Source of the DNA: a phage | Strand: one strand, 5' to 3' | Length of the DNA stretch: 64,000 nucleotides | Sequence record: PZ445551.1 | Shown: positions 9,327 through 19,272 of the stretch, one piece after another | Layout: each line of letters begins with the position of its first letter | Position numbering within the stretch: the stretch's first letter is position 1 | Program-made: the position numbers and the translations under genes | Notes under the pieces: generated by a model | The model's database searches: none | What the model saw: the letters and a program-made list of their open reading frames with translations, nothing else | Told to the model about the DNA's origin: nothing

Positions 9327-11099
9327 TTAATAAGAACCAGCAGAAATATTTTCTGGGTTACTTGTGTATTGATCGTAATCGTGAAGTGTAGCTGTTTTAA
9401 TCTCATAGAAGAAACTACCTGCTGCACCAGTCTCTGAGAACTCACGGTTCTTTAGAATGTAGCAATATGTGCGGTTACGTTCCATAGGATCTTCAGCTTG
9501 TTTATCACGCTCCAGCGCAATTGTGATACCAGCACCTTTAGCAAGGAAGCTACTACCCATTGCATCATCTTCTACAATATGTTCATTACTATTGTTAGAA
9601 GACTTTTTAACGTGTGAAATTACAACAATGGTTATTGCATACTCTTTCATAATGCGTTTCAGCCACGTCGCAAGTTCCTCTTGTTGTGACACGTCCATAC
9701 CAGAAAGCAAATCAGAATAAGGGTCGATAACAAGAATGGTTACTCCGAAATAAATAATCATTTCCAGAACCTTCTCTTTAATCACATCTACGTTAGCTCC
9801 ACGATCATCACAAACATAGAAACGTGGTGTTCCATCTTCCCGTTCGTAAAAATCACGAATCTTTTCTTCATTATCTTTTAAAATCTTTTCCTTCTCTTCT
9901 TTCGTTTTACGGTGAAGAGGGATATGCAAGAATGAAGACAGTAAGTTACGAGAATACTTCTTATACGTTGCCTCCAAAGATAAAATACCAAGAGTATGTT
10001 CTGGGTGTGCAAGAATAATGTGTTTCGTAATCTCGTTAACCAACAGTGTCTTACCGATACTTGTTTTTGCAAGTATAACAGTAATTTCTTCTTCTACCAA
10101 GCCTCCACCTAACATATTAGAAGCAACACGCATGAATGGAGGAAGGGTAATCATTTTAGCTTCCAGGCATTCCAAGGCTGCTTCATACAGTACGTTAGAA
10201 GCGTAAACACCAGCAGGTGTGTATAGTTTAGCTTTGAAAAAGCGATCAATAAAATGATCAATTTTTCCTTCTACTAGTGCCTGGTTAGGATCTTTAACAT
10301 CAGTTAGTTCCATCACGTAAACTTTATTACGTGGTAAGATTTTAACACATTTCTCAACTGCTGCACGTCCAGCTTCATCATTATCCATACATAGAACAAT
10401 CTTTTTAAATTGATCTAAGAATTTATAACGATGTTGAAGCTGCTTATGCAGAGATGTTTCGCCACAAGTACCAGATACTACAGCAGGAACAGGATATTTA
10501 CCACCCTTGTTATAATCTTTTAGCATCTGTGTTGCAGCCAGCATATCGTGTTCACCACCAACGATTAGAATAGTACCGCTGTGGTTACGATATTTAAACT
10601 CCCCAAAAAGATCACAATCCTTTCCTGTTTCACCGATAGGATGTGAGAAATCTTTTGGATCGATACGTTGTTTATACCCAGCAATATTGTAATCTTTAGT
10701 TGTAGGGTATAGTGTTGAAATTACTTCGCCAGTAGCTTCATCGTACATATAGCGTACACCGAAAGGCTTAGAGATATCTTCACGAATACCGCGATAACCT
10801 TTTGGATTAGTTCCAGTGCTGGCTTTTAGTTTATCATGTACTTCTGGATTAAACTCACTACCCAAGATATCCTCCTCTTCAATTTCTTCGCCGTGTGCAT
10901 TTAACCATTTTTGATCAGGGATAGTAAAGCCACAAGAAAAACAATGTGCGCCTCGATGGTCTTCATCGGCATCTAAGCCATATACCATCAAATTGTTTTG
11001 TGATCGATCACGCCCTCCTTTCATACAACGAGGACACCCAGTATGTCCTTCTTGACTTAGATCAATGTTATACCCATATTTATTTACAACATAAGACAC
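9327..11099 (-). CDS. Bifunctional DNA primase-helicase (T7 gp4-like: zinc ribbon, TOPRIM, DnaB-type helicase)
   Basis: N-terminal Cys4 zinc motif (CPRC...CFSCGF), TOPRIM DxD (CMDNDEAG), Walker A AKTSIGKT; 590 aa. Confidence 0.9.
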   Translation of the reverse strand: MSYVVNKYGYNIDLSQEGHTGCPRCMKGGRDRSQNNLMVYGLDADEDHRGAHCFSCGFTIPDQKWLNAHGEEIEEEDILGSEFNPEVHDKLKASTGTNPKGYRGIREDISKPFGVRYMYDEATGEVISTLYPTTKDYNIAGYKQRIDPKDFSHPIGETGKDCDLFGEFKYRNHSGTILIVGGEHDMLAATQMLKDYNKGGKYPVPAVVSGTCGETSLHKQLQHRYKFLDQFKKIVLCMDNDEAGRAAVEKCVKILPRNKVYVMELTDVKDPNQALVEGKIDHFIDRFFKAKLYTPAGVYASNVLYEAALECLEAKMITLPPFMRVASNMLGGGLVEEEITVILAKTSIGKTLLVNEITKHIILAHPEHTLGILSLEATYKKYSRNLLSSFLHIPLHRKTKEEKEKILKDNEEKIRDFYEREDGTPRFYVCDDRGANVDVIKEKVLEMIIYFGVTILVIDPYSDLLSGMDVSQQEELATWLKRIMKEYAITIVVISHVKKSSNNSNEHIVEDDAMGSSFLAKGAGITIALERDKQAEDPMERNRTYCYILKNREFSETGAAGSFFYEIKTATLHDYDQYTSNPENISAGSY

Positions 11100-11111
11100 A
11101 TGATTCTCCTA

Positions 11112-11381
11112 CTAAAATGATTCGTTTGTCTCCATAATATATTGCATTTCCAAATCTTCCATATGTTTCTTAAATTGGTAAACAATTTCCGATGGGGAAA
11201 TATCTATATCAAAAAGTTCTTTTGTACCAGAATAAAACCTAATACCATCAACAATAAGACCACCATAATAATCCCAATCACTTTCTCGTGAGAAAGGGTT
11301 AGGTTCTTCATAATAGTAATCTACTTCAACAATAATAGGTTCTTTATTATCTTGTTTATACTCAAAATCAAAAGTGTTCAT
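11112..11381 (-). CDS. Hypothetical protein (acidic, 89 aa)
   Basis: ORF in operon context, start adjacent to the upstream stop. Confidence 0.5.
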   Translation of the reverse strand: MNTFDFEYKQDNKEPIIVEVDYYYEEPNPFSRESDWDYYGGLIVDGIRFYSGTKELFDIDISPSEIVYQFKKHMEDLEMQYIMETNESF

Positions 11382-12325
11382 TATAAATCCTCGATAAGCA
11401 GTCTGCGGGTTTCATTTAAATCATCAATATTGTAGTTATCTCTTACATACTTAGCAAGAGCCAATCCTTTCTCAATACAAACATCAGGAGATTCGATTAA
11501 GTATTCTACAATATCTTTCCACTCTTTAACTGAATCAGCAAAGAAGATTAGATCTTTAAATTCTTCAGTATAATAGTTCTCTCGTGGCGAACAAACGAGT
11601 GGCAAACCTTTAGCACCAGCTTCAAGAATTTTTAAATTACTTTTGGCATTATTAAAATGATTATTTACTAATGGAGCTATGGAGATTTGATGACCATCAT
11701 ACGCTTCCATATAACACTCATAAGGACGAATACCTTCATAAACACAATCTGGTTGAATATCTTCTTTAATTTGCAACCATTGAGCACTACTTAACTCTTC
11801 GTGATCTCTACGAAATCCACATAAAGTTAAATCTTTACCAAAATCAGGAAGAATTGCTAAATCATGTTTATGTGTTTCACTTCCCGCCCAAACCAGTGGA
11901 CTTTTAGAATAACGGTCTTTCGTAAGAACAAACTGTCCTTCATCAAAAGGTAGTCCGTTAGGCACAATATGTACATTATCATTGTATTGGCTTAATTCAA
12001 CCTTTAATGCCGGAGTTGTTGTAGTTACAAGATCGCTTCTTTCAAGGAACCATTTTAGGTCATCTCGGATTTGATTTTCAAATAGTCCTTCAAGCATGTG
12101 CCCTTCAGGAATAATTAAAGAATCATCCAGATCCATTACCAATTTAAACCCAAGTTGTTTAAGAGCCAGGAAACCTGGCTTTCCACGTGTTGGTACTCCA
12201 TTGAACACAAAAATATTATGCTTAGGATTAATGGTCAGTTTGCGTTTATATGGCAAAATGATTCTATGAAAATCACATACACTATACTTTTCATTTCCGC
12301 GTGTGTCAAGAATAATATTAGGCAT
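11381..12325 (-). CDS. Glycosyltransferase (GT-B-like), paralog of 12337-13311
   Basis: Shares LTKDRYS...WAG and SNLKILEAGAKGLP motifs with the adjacent paralog; 314 aa. Confidence 0.65.
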   Translation of the reverse strand: MPNIILDTRGNEKYSVCDFHRIILPYKRKLTINPKHNIFVFNGVPTRGKPGFLALKQLGFKLVMDLDDSLIIPEGHMLEGLFENQIRDDLKWFLERSDLVTTTTPALKVELSQYNDNVHIVPNGLPFDEGQFVLTKDRYSKSPLVWAGSETHKHDLAILPDFGKDLTLCGFRRDHEELSSAQWLQIKEDIQPDCVYEGIRPYECYMEAYDGHQISIAPLVNNHFNNAKSNLKILEAGAKGLPLVCSPRENYYTEEFKDLIFFADSVKEWKDIVEYLIESPDVCIEKGLALAKYVRDNYNIDDLNETRRLLIEDL

Positions 12326-12336
12326 ATAACTCCTTG

Positions 12337-13311
12337 TTAAAGACTTTCAATAACTTGACGACGCAGTTCATTGGCATCTGCAAGATTATAATTAAGACGA
12401 ACGTGTTCTGCAAGCATCATACCACGATCTTCTGTGTATCTAGGGTTCCTCATTAGCTTGACAACTTCATAATGCCAAGATGCTTTAGAGTCTGCATAGA
12501 TAACAGCCTTTGCATCTACCGGATTGAAGTACGGCAGCACAGGAGAACAGATAATAGGAAGACCCTTTGCACCTGCTTCCAAAATCTTCAAATTGCTTTT
12601 ACAGTTGTTGAAGTCATTATCTACCAGAGGAGCAATTGCAATACTGTGACCGTCATACACAGACATATACTCACCTAAATTTTTAATAGCTGGTTTATAC
12701 TGTGCATTTGGAATTTTACGTTTTACTTTAACCCACTCCGCAGTAGTTAGATACTGACTATTATTTCCAACAGGTGCAGAAGGATACACTTCATACCCTG
12801 CAATTGTCAATAGCGTATCATCAAATGTATTAGCTACAAGAGATAAATCAGGTTCATGGCTTGCTCCTCCCGCCCAAATAATAGGCGTGTCAGAATAACG
12901 GTCTTTTGTCAAAGTAAATTGACCTTCGTCGTAAGGTAGTGCGTTTCTAACAACGACAACATTACGATTTAAATGACGAATTTTGTAAGCTAGGTATTCT
13001 GTTGTTACAGTAACCACATCTGCTAACTTAATCATCTCTACAATAGTCTTTGAGTGATTAGTAAATACGCCAGCCATATAATGTTCAGGATTAAGCGAAT
13101 AAAAATCATCTAAATCAACAATAATCTTAACACCTTGTGCCTTCAGGCGTTTAACTTCGTCTGATCCACGAGAATACACTCTATTAAAAACTAAAACGTC
13201 TTTCTTAGGTTTAAACGTATTTCCAGCAAATGGCATTACAATACGATGGTAATCACAACCACTGCCTAACTTATTATCACACTTAAGTACAGGAGTATTA
13301 GGATTTACCAT
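12337..13311 (-). CDS. Glycosyltransferase (GT-B-like), paralog of 11381-12325
   Basis: Start set at ATG 13311 (SD GGAGG upstream; N-terminus then aligns with the paralog); longest ORF runs to 13350. Confidence 0.65.
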   Translation of the reverse strand: MVNPNTPVLKCDNKLGSGCDYHRIVMPFAGNTFKPKKDVLVFNRVYSRGSDEVKRLKAQGVKIIVDLDDFYSLNPEHYMAGVFTNHSKTIVEMIKLADVVTVTTEYLAYKIRHLNRNVVVVRNALPYDEGQFTLTKDRYSDTPIIWAGGASHEPDLSLVANTFDDTLLTIAGYEVYPSAPVGNNSQYLTTAEWVKVKRKIPNAQYKPAIKNLGEYMSVYDGHSIAIAPLVDNDFNNCKSNLKILEAGAKGLPIICSPVLPYFNPVDAKAVIYADSKASWHYEVVKLMRNPRYTEDRGMMLAEHVRLNYNLADANELRRQVIESL

Positions 13312-13984
13312 ATTTTTGAGCCTCCTCATAAGAGATAAAAGTTTTACCATTGCGAAGATCCTCCAGTGATTGTTTATATTGTTCCCAGTTTACACCAATC
13401 CCCTGTTCTTTCTCTTCTTTTGACAGATTCGCAAAAGGTAAAGGATTGTCTCCAAACACATCGTCAGGATGGATAAACGCCATAATTCGAATAGGACATG
13501 GTACGCCGTGAATACCTCGGTTCAAACCTGCCAGTGGAACGCGCTGAATCCACTCTGCATCTTCATATCCATAACCGTGGGTGTATGAGCGGAAATAGCC
13601 AGCTTTCTCAATAACTGCACGGGAATACATACCAAACTGGCACATGCCTAGCTCCCAAATAACCACTTCTCCTTCAATACCTTTTACTTTATCTTTAAAG
13701 TATTCAGGCATACCAAAGAAATCCCAACCATTTTCCTTCGCCTGTTTTACAAAATATGTTTCCCAACCTGGAACAACAGGATAGCAATCATCATCAAAAA
13801 TAAACCAGTAGTCATACCCTTCATCATAAAACTTTTTCATCAGTTCATTACGGGCATATGCAACACCTTTTCGTTCACGATCATACTGTACAACAAAAGT
13901 AGCATTAGGATCAGTCACAAGATAATCTTTAAGAGGACGCTTACCTACAGTAATAACACCAACACCAATTTTTGTATTTTCCAA
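13298..13984 (-). CDS. Glycosyltransferase, GT-A fold (family 2-like, DxD motif)
   Basis: GVGVITVGKR N-terminus and FIFDDDCYP DxD-type motif; 228 aa. Confidence 0.6.
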   Translation of the reverse strand: MENTKIGVGVITVGKRPLKDYLVTDPNATFVVQYDRERKGVAYARNELMKKFYDEGYDYWFIFDDDCYPVVPGWETYFVKQAKENGWDFFGMPEYFKDKVKGIEGEVVIWELGMCQFGMYSRAVIEKAGYFRSYTHGYGYEDAEWIQRVPLAGLNRGIHGVPCPIRIMAFIHPDDVFGDNPLPFANLSKEEKEQGIGVNWEQYKQSLEDLRNGKTFISYEEAQKYGKS

Positions 13985-13993
13985 AATAACTCC

Positions 13994-14557
13994 TTAAATA
14001 ATTTTATTCATGTCTTGACAATGTAAAAGGTGTGAAACAGCTTTTCTAGGATCATCATTACCTAAACGGTATGTGTGAAATAAATATAACCCACGTAGTA
14101 AACCTAGCCTTTTATTGTTAGCGTGCAATGCTTTAGAGAAAATTATATCAAACTGTATTGATCTTTCCTCAAAAGGCATTTCATTCCACAGACTCTTACG
14201 AAAGAGAAGAAAGAATCCTGCTAAGATAGCATCTGTAGGTACTTCCTCTATTGAGTTTCCCCATTCTAGATGTGCTCTTTTTGCAATCTCAATGTGGTGT
14301 AATATATTCGGATCTTCACTTCTTTCATTATTAAATAATTGATATGTTGATCCCAATCTGTTACAAGATGCACCAAGAACATCAAAATCAGGATTTGAAC
14401 GGACAATTGATTCCAGCCAAGCAGGTTGTTCTGGAAGAAGAAACATTGTATCAATGTCTCTTAGGCAAATCCAACTATCTTCTGGTAAGACACTTATTGT
14501 GTCATTGATACCTTTTCCAATATCTCCAGAAAGATAGGGAGTTATGTGAAATATCAT
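13994..14557 (-). CDS. Hypothetical protein, possible nucleotide-sugar transferase
   Basis: 187-aa ORF co-operonic with the glycosyltransferases; LRDIDTMF DxD-like motif. Confidence 0.5.
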   Translation of the reverse strand: MIFHITPYLSGDIGKGINDTISVLPEDSWICLRDIDTMFLLPEQPAWLESIVRSNPDFDVLGASCNRLGSTYQLFNNERSEDPNILHHIEIAKRAHLEWGNSIEEVPTDAILAGFFLLFRKSLWNEMPFEERSIQFDIIFSKALHANNKRLGLLRGLYLFHTYRLGNDDPRKAVSHLLHCQDMNKII

Positions 14558-14614
14558 ACTCCCTCCGTATTATTACTTTAGCATTTTTAGACTAAAAAGT
14601 CCAAATGGTTTTAC

Positions 14615-14809
14615 CTATTGATTACGTTTTGCGAGTTCCATTTGGATAGCTAAACTGTGATCTCGTGCTTCCATATACTCTTTATATGTTTCATTAAGAT
14701 GATCACGACAAACATCACGCAGTTTAATCAGTTTATCTGTAGGGATACCACTAAGATCATCCCAAGATTTTACAACTTCACCAGTATCATTGATCCCAAT
14801 GGTTTTCAT
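14615..14809 (-). CDS. Hypothetical small protein
   Basis: 64-aa ORF. Confidence 0.45.
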   Translation of the reverse strand: MKTIGINDTGEVVKSWDDLSGIPTDKLIKLRDVCRDHLNETYKEYMEARDHSLAIQMELAKRNQ

Positions 14810-15017
14810 CTACAACCTCCTTAATTGCTACAGCACAGTTTTTGCAGATACACTGCCCTTTACCTTTAGAAATCTGGATGTAAGGTTCATTTTCATTTTC
14901 GCCCTTACGTGAGTCATATATTACAGAATTGAAGCACACAACGCAAATATTTTTTAAGATTGTATACTTATCAACTTTCTTTTTTGTTTTAAAGTTAACT
15001 TCAATAACATCAGCCAT
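14787..15017 (-). CDS. Small zinc-ribbon protein (CxxC...CxxC)
   Basis: Two CxxC pairs (CVVCF...CICKNC); start set at ATG 15017 forming an ATGA overlap with the upstream stop. Confidence 0.5.
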   Translation of the reverse strand: MADVIEVNFKTKKKVDKYTILKNICVVCFNSVIYDSRKGENENEPYIQISKGKGQCICKNCAVAIKEVVDENHWDQ

Positions 15018-15295
15018 CAGTGTAACACTCCCAGTATGTTGCTTTGTGACATAACCATAGAACATTCAACATTATCGTGACTACGTGAAAAACGTTCCCA
15101 AACATCTTCATCGACTCGTAAAGCTATACAAGGATAGACGTTATCATTGATCATTTCAATTGAATAAACATCCACATTGTCTTCGTCTTCGATGAACATC
15201 ATTGCAAACTGTTCTAAATGTTTCCTAATGTAATGTACATCCTCTTCTGTAAGACCAATAACAAGATAACTTGCAACGATAACGCCATCTTTCAT
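15017..15295 (-). CDS. Hypothetical protein
   Basis: 92-aa ORF. Confidence 0.5.
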   Translation of the reverse strand: MKDGVIVASYLVIGLTEEDVHYIRKHLEQFAMMFIEDEDNVDVYSIEMINDNVYPCIALRVDEDVWERFSRSHDNVECSMVMSQSNILGVLH

Positions 15296-15305
15296 CTATA
15301 TCTCC

Positions 15306-15815
15306 TTAGCGATAGAATTGATGTTCTTTGTAGCGGTACACTAGAACCATATCTTTTTCCCAGTGTGCTCTTATTGTAGATTTTTTAAAGTATAATGCTC
15401 CTTTTGTAATATCTAATGCAATTCGTAATTCTGGAAAATGCGTATCGAGATAAAGTAGACGTTCTGCTATAGCCTTAGCTTCCTTCCACTTATCACGTTC
15501 CATAACGTTGAATGTCTTTGTGTAAGAGAATTGTCCTTTTTGAAACAAAACTTCTTTTATAGTATCAGGGAAATATGAATCTCTAGCCCTATTCAATACT
15601 ACATTACCAACAGCAGACATACCGCGCTTTCCTTGATTACGACTTTCTGCATAGATTGCACAAGCTAATAGATTTTCTTTACTATCACGCTTTGTACACT
15701 TGTGAACTACTTTAGCAGTTTTTACGTTTGCAGCTTCGGCTTGCGCCACAACAGGTGTAAATGTAAAAGCAGTTAAGGATAGTAACGCAATTGCGACAAA
15801 GGTTTTTATTGACAA
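15306..15815 (-). CDS. Secreted cell-wall hydrolase (SleB/CwlJ Hydrolase_2-like), candidate endolysin
   Basis: N-terminal signal peptide (AFTFTPVVAQA); Hydrolase_2 signature CAIYAESRNQ...AVGNVVLNR. Confidence 0.7.
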   Translation of the reverse strand: MSIKTFVAIALLSLTAFTFTPVVAQAEAANVKTAKVVHKCTKRDSKENLLACAIYAESRNQGKRGMSAVGNVVLNRARDSYFPDTIKEVLFQKGQFSYTKTFNVMERDKWKEAKAIAERLLYLDTHFPELRIALDITKGALYFKKSTIRAHWEKDMVLVYRYKEHQFYR

Positions 15816-15878
15816 ACTTGCCTCCTATTTTGTTAAACGAACTTTTATTGTAACACAGAAGAGGCTGTTTTGCAAGTG

Positions 15879-15897
15879 GAGGGGGATTATCCCCCTC
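15879..15897. other. Perfect palindromic stem-loop (GAGGGGGA-tta-TCCCCCTC)
   Basis: 8-bp G/C stem in an intergenic position; no clear U-tract. Confidence 0.35.
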
Positions 15898-15907
15898 TTA
15901 CACTCTG

Positions 15908-16510
15908 TTAGATATTGTAAACCTTCGTATGAGTTACTACACCATCTTCTACAAAATCAATACGTTCTTGATCCGTAACTAGTGCAGACAACACTTTAAA
16001 TTTAATTTTTACACGTTCAAAAGCTGGTTGACCATCTTTAAGATAATTATGTTCGGTTGTCACTGTCTTGTTTACAAAATCAACTTTCGCTTTACCGTTT
16101 TCGCGTAGGTGGAATGTTTTTCCTGCTTTGTACACAATTTCAACATTACCTTCGAGAATAATTCCTTCAAAAAGTTCACCCTCTTCTTCATTTTCTTCAC
16201 TTTTGAACAGACGACGAAACTCTTCCATATCAAGATAAACAACATCTTCAGAATAACTATCAGTAAGGTATGTCTTACCATCCATTAACCCGAAATATTG
16301 CCAGATCGCAGAATAAACATCACTAGTTGATCCAAGGGTTTCTCTGAGTTTAGTTCCACGGATTACTTCATAAACTTCAAAATTGAAACCAGACTGCAAA
16401 GCATCAAACAGTACATCACTAACTTCTACAGCATAATCTTGATTGTTGTCAACATCCACAAGAAAATTGCCGCTACGAATAAGTTTTTGACCTTCTAAAG
16501 TAATACCCAT
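15908..16510 (-). CDS. Hypothetical protein (possibly a divergent TerD-like paralog)
   Basis: 200-aa ORF immediately downstream of the TerD gene; weak N-terminal resemblance only. Confidence 0.55.
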   Translation of the reverse strand: MGITLEGQKLIRSGNFLVDVDNNQDYAVEVSDVLFDALQSGFNFEVYEVIRGTKLRETLGSTSDVYSAIWQYFGLMDGKTYLTDSYSEDVVYLDMEEFRRLFKSEENEEEGELFEGIILEGNVEIVYKAGKTFHLRENGKAKVDFVNKTVTTEHNYLKDGQPAFERVKIKFKVLSALVTDQERIDFVEDGVVTHTKVYNI

Positions 16511-16535
16511 TGTTTTCTCCTCTTTTATTTAAAAT

Positions 16536-16556
16536 ATGCGCCCCGAAGGGCGCTAT
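16536..16556 (-). terminator. Intrinsic terminator (GCGCCC-UUCG-GGGCGC + AU-rich tail)
   Basis: Perfect stem and tetraloop between the TerD stop and the RBS of the next gene. Confidence 0.5.
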
Positions 16557-16562
16557 GATTTA

Positions 16563-17159
16563 TTACTCGAACCAATCGTCGCCAGCGCCAAACGCTTTAA
16601 CTACATCGTAAATGTCAAGCCCAGCTTTACCCACACCATACGCTTTCAGTTTCCATTCGCTATCTTCTCGCACCAGGGAGGCAACGTGGCAAATGGTGTT
16701 ACCTGCAAGTTCTGGAGCCAAGAAGTCAAAGTCCAGCAGTTCAACATTACGTTCATCATCGAAGATTTTAAGGAAACCTTCGGTAGCGTGACCAAGGCGT
16801 TTCTTACCCGTTTCGTCATCAATAGTAATTACGAATGCAATTTCCTGTGCTTCAGCAGAGATATTATCCAGTGTAACATCAATCTGCTCCATCTGTCCTA
16901 CACCATCACGAACATCTTCACCTGCAAAAGTAGAACGTTCAGGATCAAATTTCTGCGCGTAGCACACCAGGTGACGAGGAGACAACAGTTCCGGCAGACC
17001 AGATGCATTGTGTCGGCAAATCAGAGCACTAACATCCAGATCCAGTTTTTCGTTAGATTTCCAAGAGAATTCCAGACGAATGCGTTTCAGTGCTGGTGCA
17101 ATCTTTTTCAGAGAAACTTTTTCGCTAGAACCTTTTTTCAGGGAAATTTTCTGAGTCAT
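16563..17159 (-). CDS. TerD-domain protein (tellurite-resistance / stress-response TerD family)
   Basis: N-terminal ISLKKG...VSLKK, LDLDVSA, GEDVRDG and C-terminal GxGKAG pattern typical of TerD; 198 aa. Confidence 0.8.
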   Translation of the reverse strand: MTQKISLKKGSSEKVSLKKIAPALKRIRLEFSWKSNEKLDLDVSALICRHNASGLPELLSPRHLVCYAQKFDPERSTFAGEDVRDGVGQMEQIDVTLDNISAEAQEIAFVITIDDETGKKRLGHATEGFLKIFDDERNVELLDFDFLAPELAGNTICHVASLVREDSEWKLKAYGVGKAGLDIYDVVKAFGAGDDWFE

Positions 17160-17231
17160 AATTTATTATCTCCTTTGTTGTTAATTTACGTTGTCTATTT
17201 TACTAATCTTTTCTACAAAGTCAAGCGTTTT

Positions 17232-18026
17232 TTACGCTTTTGCTCCAAATTTTTTAACCCACTCACCAAACTCTTCGGATAGCAGTTTATCGTAAAGTTC
17301 TTCGTCAGACAAGGACAAATCTGCAATACCGATAAAATCAACATTATCGTATTCTTTTGCCAAGTCTTTCAGGAATTTAAAGTTTGCATTACCTACACCA
17401 ACCATAAACCAGTAAACAGGTGTATTGCGGTGTTTGTTCAGTAAGCTACGTACTGCTGAAGTATCCATGTTCTCCCCGTCAGTTTGGAAGAAAATCATTG
17501 CAGGAGTACGATCAACTTGTGCATCAGTATCTACAACCTGTTCTACAACAGTACGTGTTACTTCTACAAGTTCTTTTTTACCAGTTAGTTTAGCAAGGAA
17601 ACCTTTAGCCGGAACTTCTTCATACTCAACGACTTCGCGTGTAATATTTTTCATAGGTACACTACCGAAGTATGTATCATAGATCTCTTGCATTACTGGA
17701 GCATAAGCAGTACCACCGTTGATGCAAACATTAGACATGCAAGAGCCGACATAATCATCATACACATCAGCCGTTGCAGGAGGCAGTTCAAAAGAAGAAC
17801 TATTGAAAGCCCACATGTCAATCTGTGCATTATCATCAAACTTCATACCAAACGGCAGCAGTTTACCTACAAAATCGCTAACAGTGCCATCACGATACAG
17901 CTCACACATACTACCCGAAATATCTAAGGCGCTACCTACACGAAGAACAACATCGTTAATCTTTTTCTTACGCAGGGATACAGTAAGAGTTTCTTGACGT
18001 TTTTTAAGACTGATTTTATTGGACAT
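17232..18026 (-). CDS. von Willebrand factor A (vWA) domain protein, TerY-like
   Basis: MIDAS motif DISGSM; sits next to TerD as in Ter operons. Confidence 0.7.
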   Translation of the reverse strand: MSNKISLKKRQETLTVSLRKKKINDVVLRVGSALDISGSMCELYRDGTVSDFVGKLLPFGMKFDDNAQIDMWAFNSSSFELPPATADVYDDYVGSCMSNVCINGGTAYAPVMQEIYDTYFGSVPMKNITREVVEYEEVPAKGFLAKLTGKKELVEVTRTVVEQVVDTDAQVDRTPAMIFFQTDGENMDTSAVRSLLNKHRNTPVYWFMVGVGNANFKFLKDLAKEYDNVDFIGIADLSLSDEELYDKLLSEEFGEWVKKFGAKA

Positions 18027-18027
18027 A

Positions 18028-18297
18028 TTATTTCTCCTTTCTGACTGTAATGTTAGTAACTTCTAAATCCACTTCTACCACTTCTGTATCATATAAAATA
18101 CAGTTAAGTTGACCTCTTTGTGAACCGTTAAGACACATTGCTTGGTTTGTATTAACCTTAATAAACACTAAGTTTCTGAACGTATCTAAACCAGCATCTT
18201 GATAGGCAACATAATATACGAATGTATCACCTGTGTCAAGTTCTCCAAAACATTTAGGTTCATCTGATTTGTCGTCTTTGATATTAAATTTAAGCAC
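18028..18297 (-). CDS. Hypothetical protein
   Basis: 89-aa ORF. Confidence 0.5.
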   Translation of the reverse strand: MLKFNIKDDKSDEPKCFGELDTGDTFVYYVAYQDAGLDTFRNLVFIKVNTNQAMCLNGSQRGQLNCILYDTEVVEVDLEVTNITVRKEK

Positions 18298-18853
18298 TGT
18301 TTTCTCCTTTACCTGCTCTCAAGCCTAAATAGAAAGCCTCTCTAGTGATTTTTTGCAACTCGTTTAAAGAGATAGTTACAACTAAATCATCTTCAATTTC
18401 TAGCTTTGAGTCTTCTTCTGTCTCAATGCAAGTATTATGCACTTTGTGGTAAGGATTGTCAACACGTTTAAATTTATTATTTTCAGTGCTGAAGAAGCAA
18501 TCTGGATCTTCTTCTCCATCACCCCAACCCTGGTTAGGGTCTTCTTCAGATCTTTCTGTTGGGATCTCACCTGTAAAGTGTTCTTCTAATACCAGAGCAA
18601 TCCCATCTCCAAGATCGGAAGAGAACATCAAATTACAAACTTCTTCCCAAGGCATAGACCACTTGAATCTTTTACGATTGCCATGTTTATCTTCTTCGTT
18701 AGAGAAAACACTACCATAGCTATCATAATTCCCATACATCTCTTCGACAACCTTACCACCTTTCAAAAGAAATAGGTAGCAAGGAGAGCCATCGAAAGAG
18801 GTAGAAAGAGCAGCATTACCAGACTCTTTGCACAAGAAACTAAAACACCCCAT
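18290..18853 (-). CDS. Hypothetical protein (acidic C-terminal half)
   Basis: 187-aa ORF. Confidence 0.55.
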   Translation of the reverse strand: MGCFSFLCKESGNAALSTSFDGSPCYLFLLKGGKVVEEMYGNYDSYGSVFSNEEDKHGNRKRFKWSMPWEEVCNLMFSSDLGDGIALVLEEHFTGEIPTERSEEDPNQGWGDGEEDPDCFFSTENNKFKRVDNPYHKVHNTCIETEEDSKLEIEDDLVVTISLNELQKITREAFYLGLRAGKGENSA

Positions 18854-19053
18854 TATACACCAGCCTTAAGATCAATTAAAGCCAAAGTTGTTTCAGAGTG
18901 TGTTTGCTCGTCTACAGGTGCAGTCATATGATAATACAAAAAATCTTCGGCATCATACCAATCTGATTCTTGACCTTGTTTCCAACCATCAATGAAAGCA
19001 TCTTCCATAATGGTTTGCAATTCTTCACGAGTTAAGTGAATATCTTTACTCAT
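18853..19053 (-). CDS. Hypothetical small acidic protein
   Basis: 66-aa ORF with ATGA-type overlap to its neighbour. Confidence 0.5.
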   Translation of the reverse strand: MSKDIHLTREELQTIMEDAFIDGWKQGQESDWYDAEDFLYYHMTAPVDEQTHSETTLALIDLKAGV

Positions 19054-19259
19054 TACACATTCTCCTCTTTTACCAATTCCATCGTTGAACTATCAAAACC
19101 ATCTTTAGAAGAATAGGTATAGACAGAACGTAGTTCTCGCAGGACAGTGAATACATTAGGATCATCTAACCAAGCATCCTGGAGGAGAACATAACGATCT
19201 TCATTGTCATACTGAACAGCAATCATAGAACCAGACAGTTTGTAAATTTTAATATTCAT
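19053..19259 (-). CDS. Hypothetical small protein
   Basis: Start set at ATG 19259 with SD AAGGAG upstream; longest ORF runs to 19286. Confidence 0.5.
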   Translation of the reverse strand: MNIKIYKLSGSMIAVQYDNEDRYVLLQDAWLDDPNVFTVLRELRSVYTYSSKDGFDSSTMELVKEENV

Positions 19260-19272
19260 AATATATTTCTCC

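Noticed and set aside
15908-16510. Calling the 200-residue protein downstream of TerD a second TerD
   Set aside because: Only a weak N-terminal resemblance; kept as hypothetical pending a profile search.
16536-17282. 248-codon plus-strand ORF antisense to the TerD gene
   Set aside because: The opposite strand encodes a protein with clear TerD signatures; the plus-strand product is low-complexity with no RBS.
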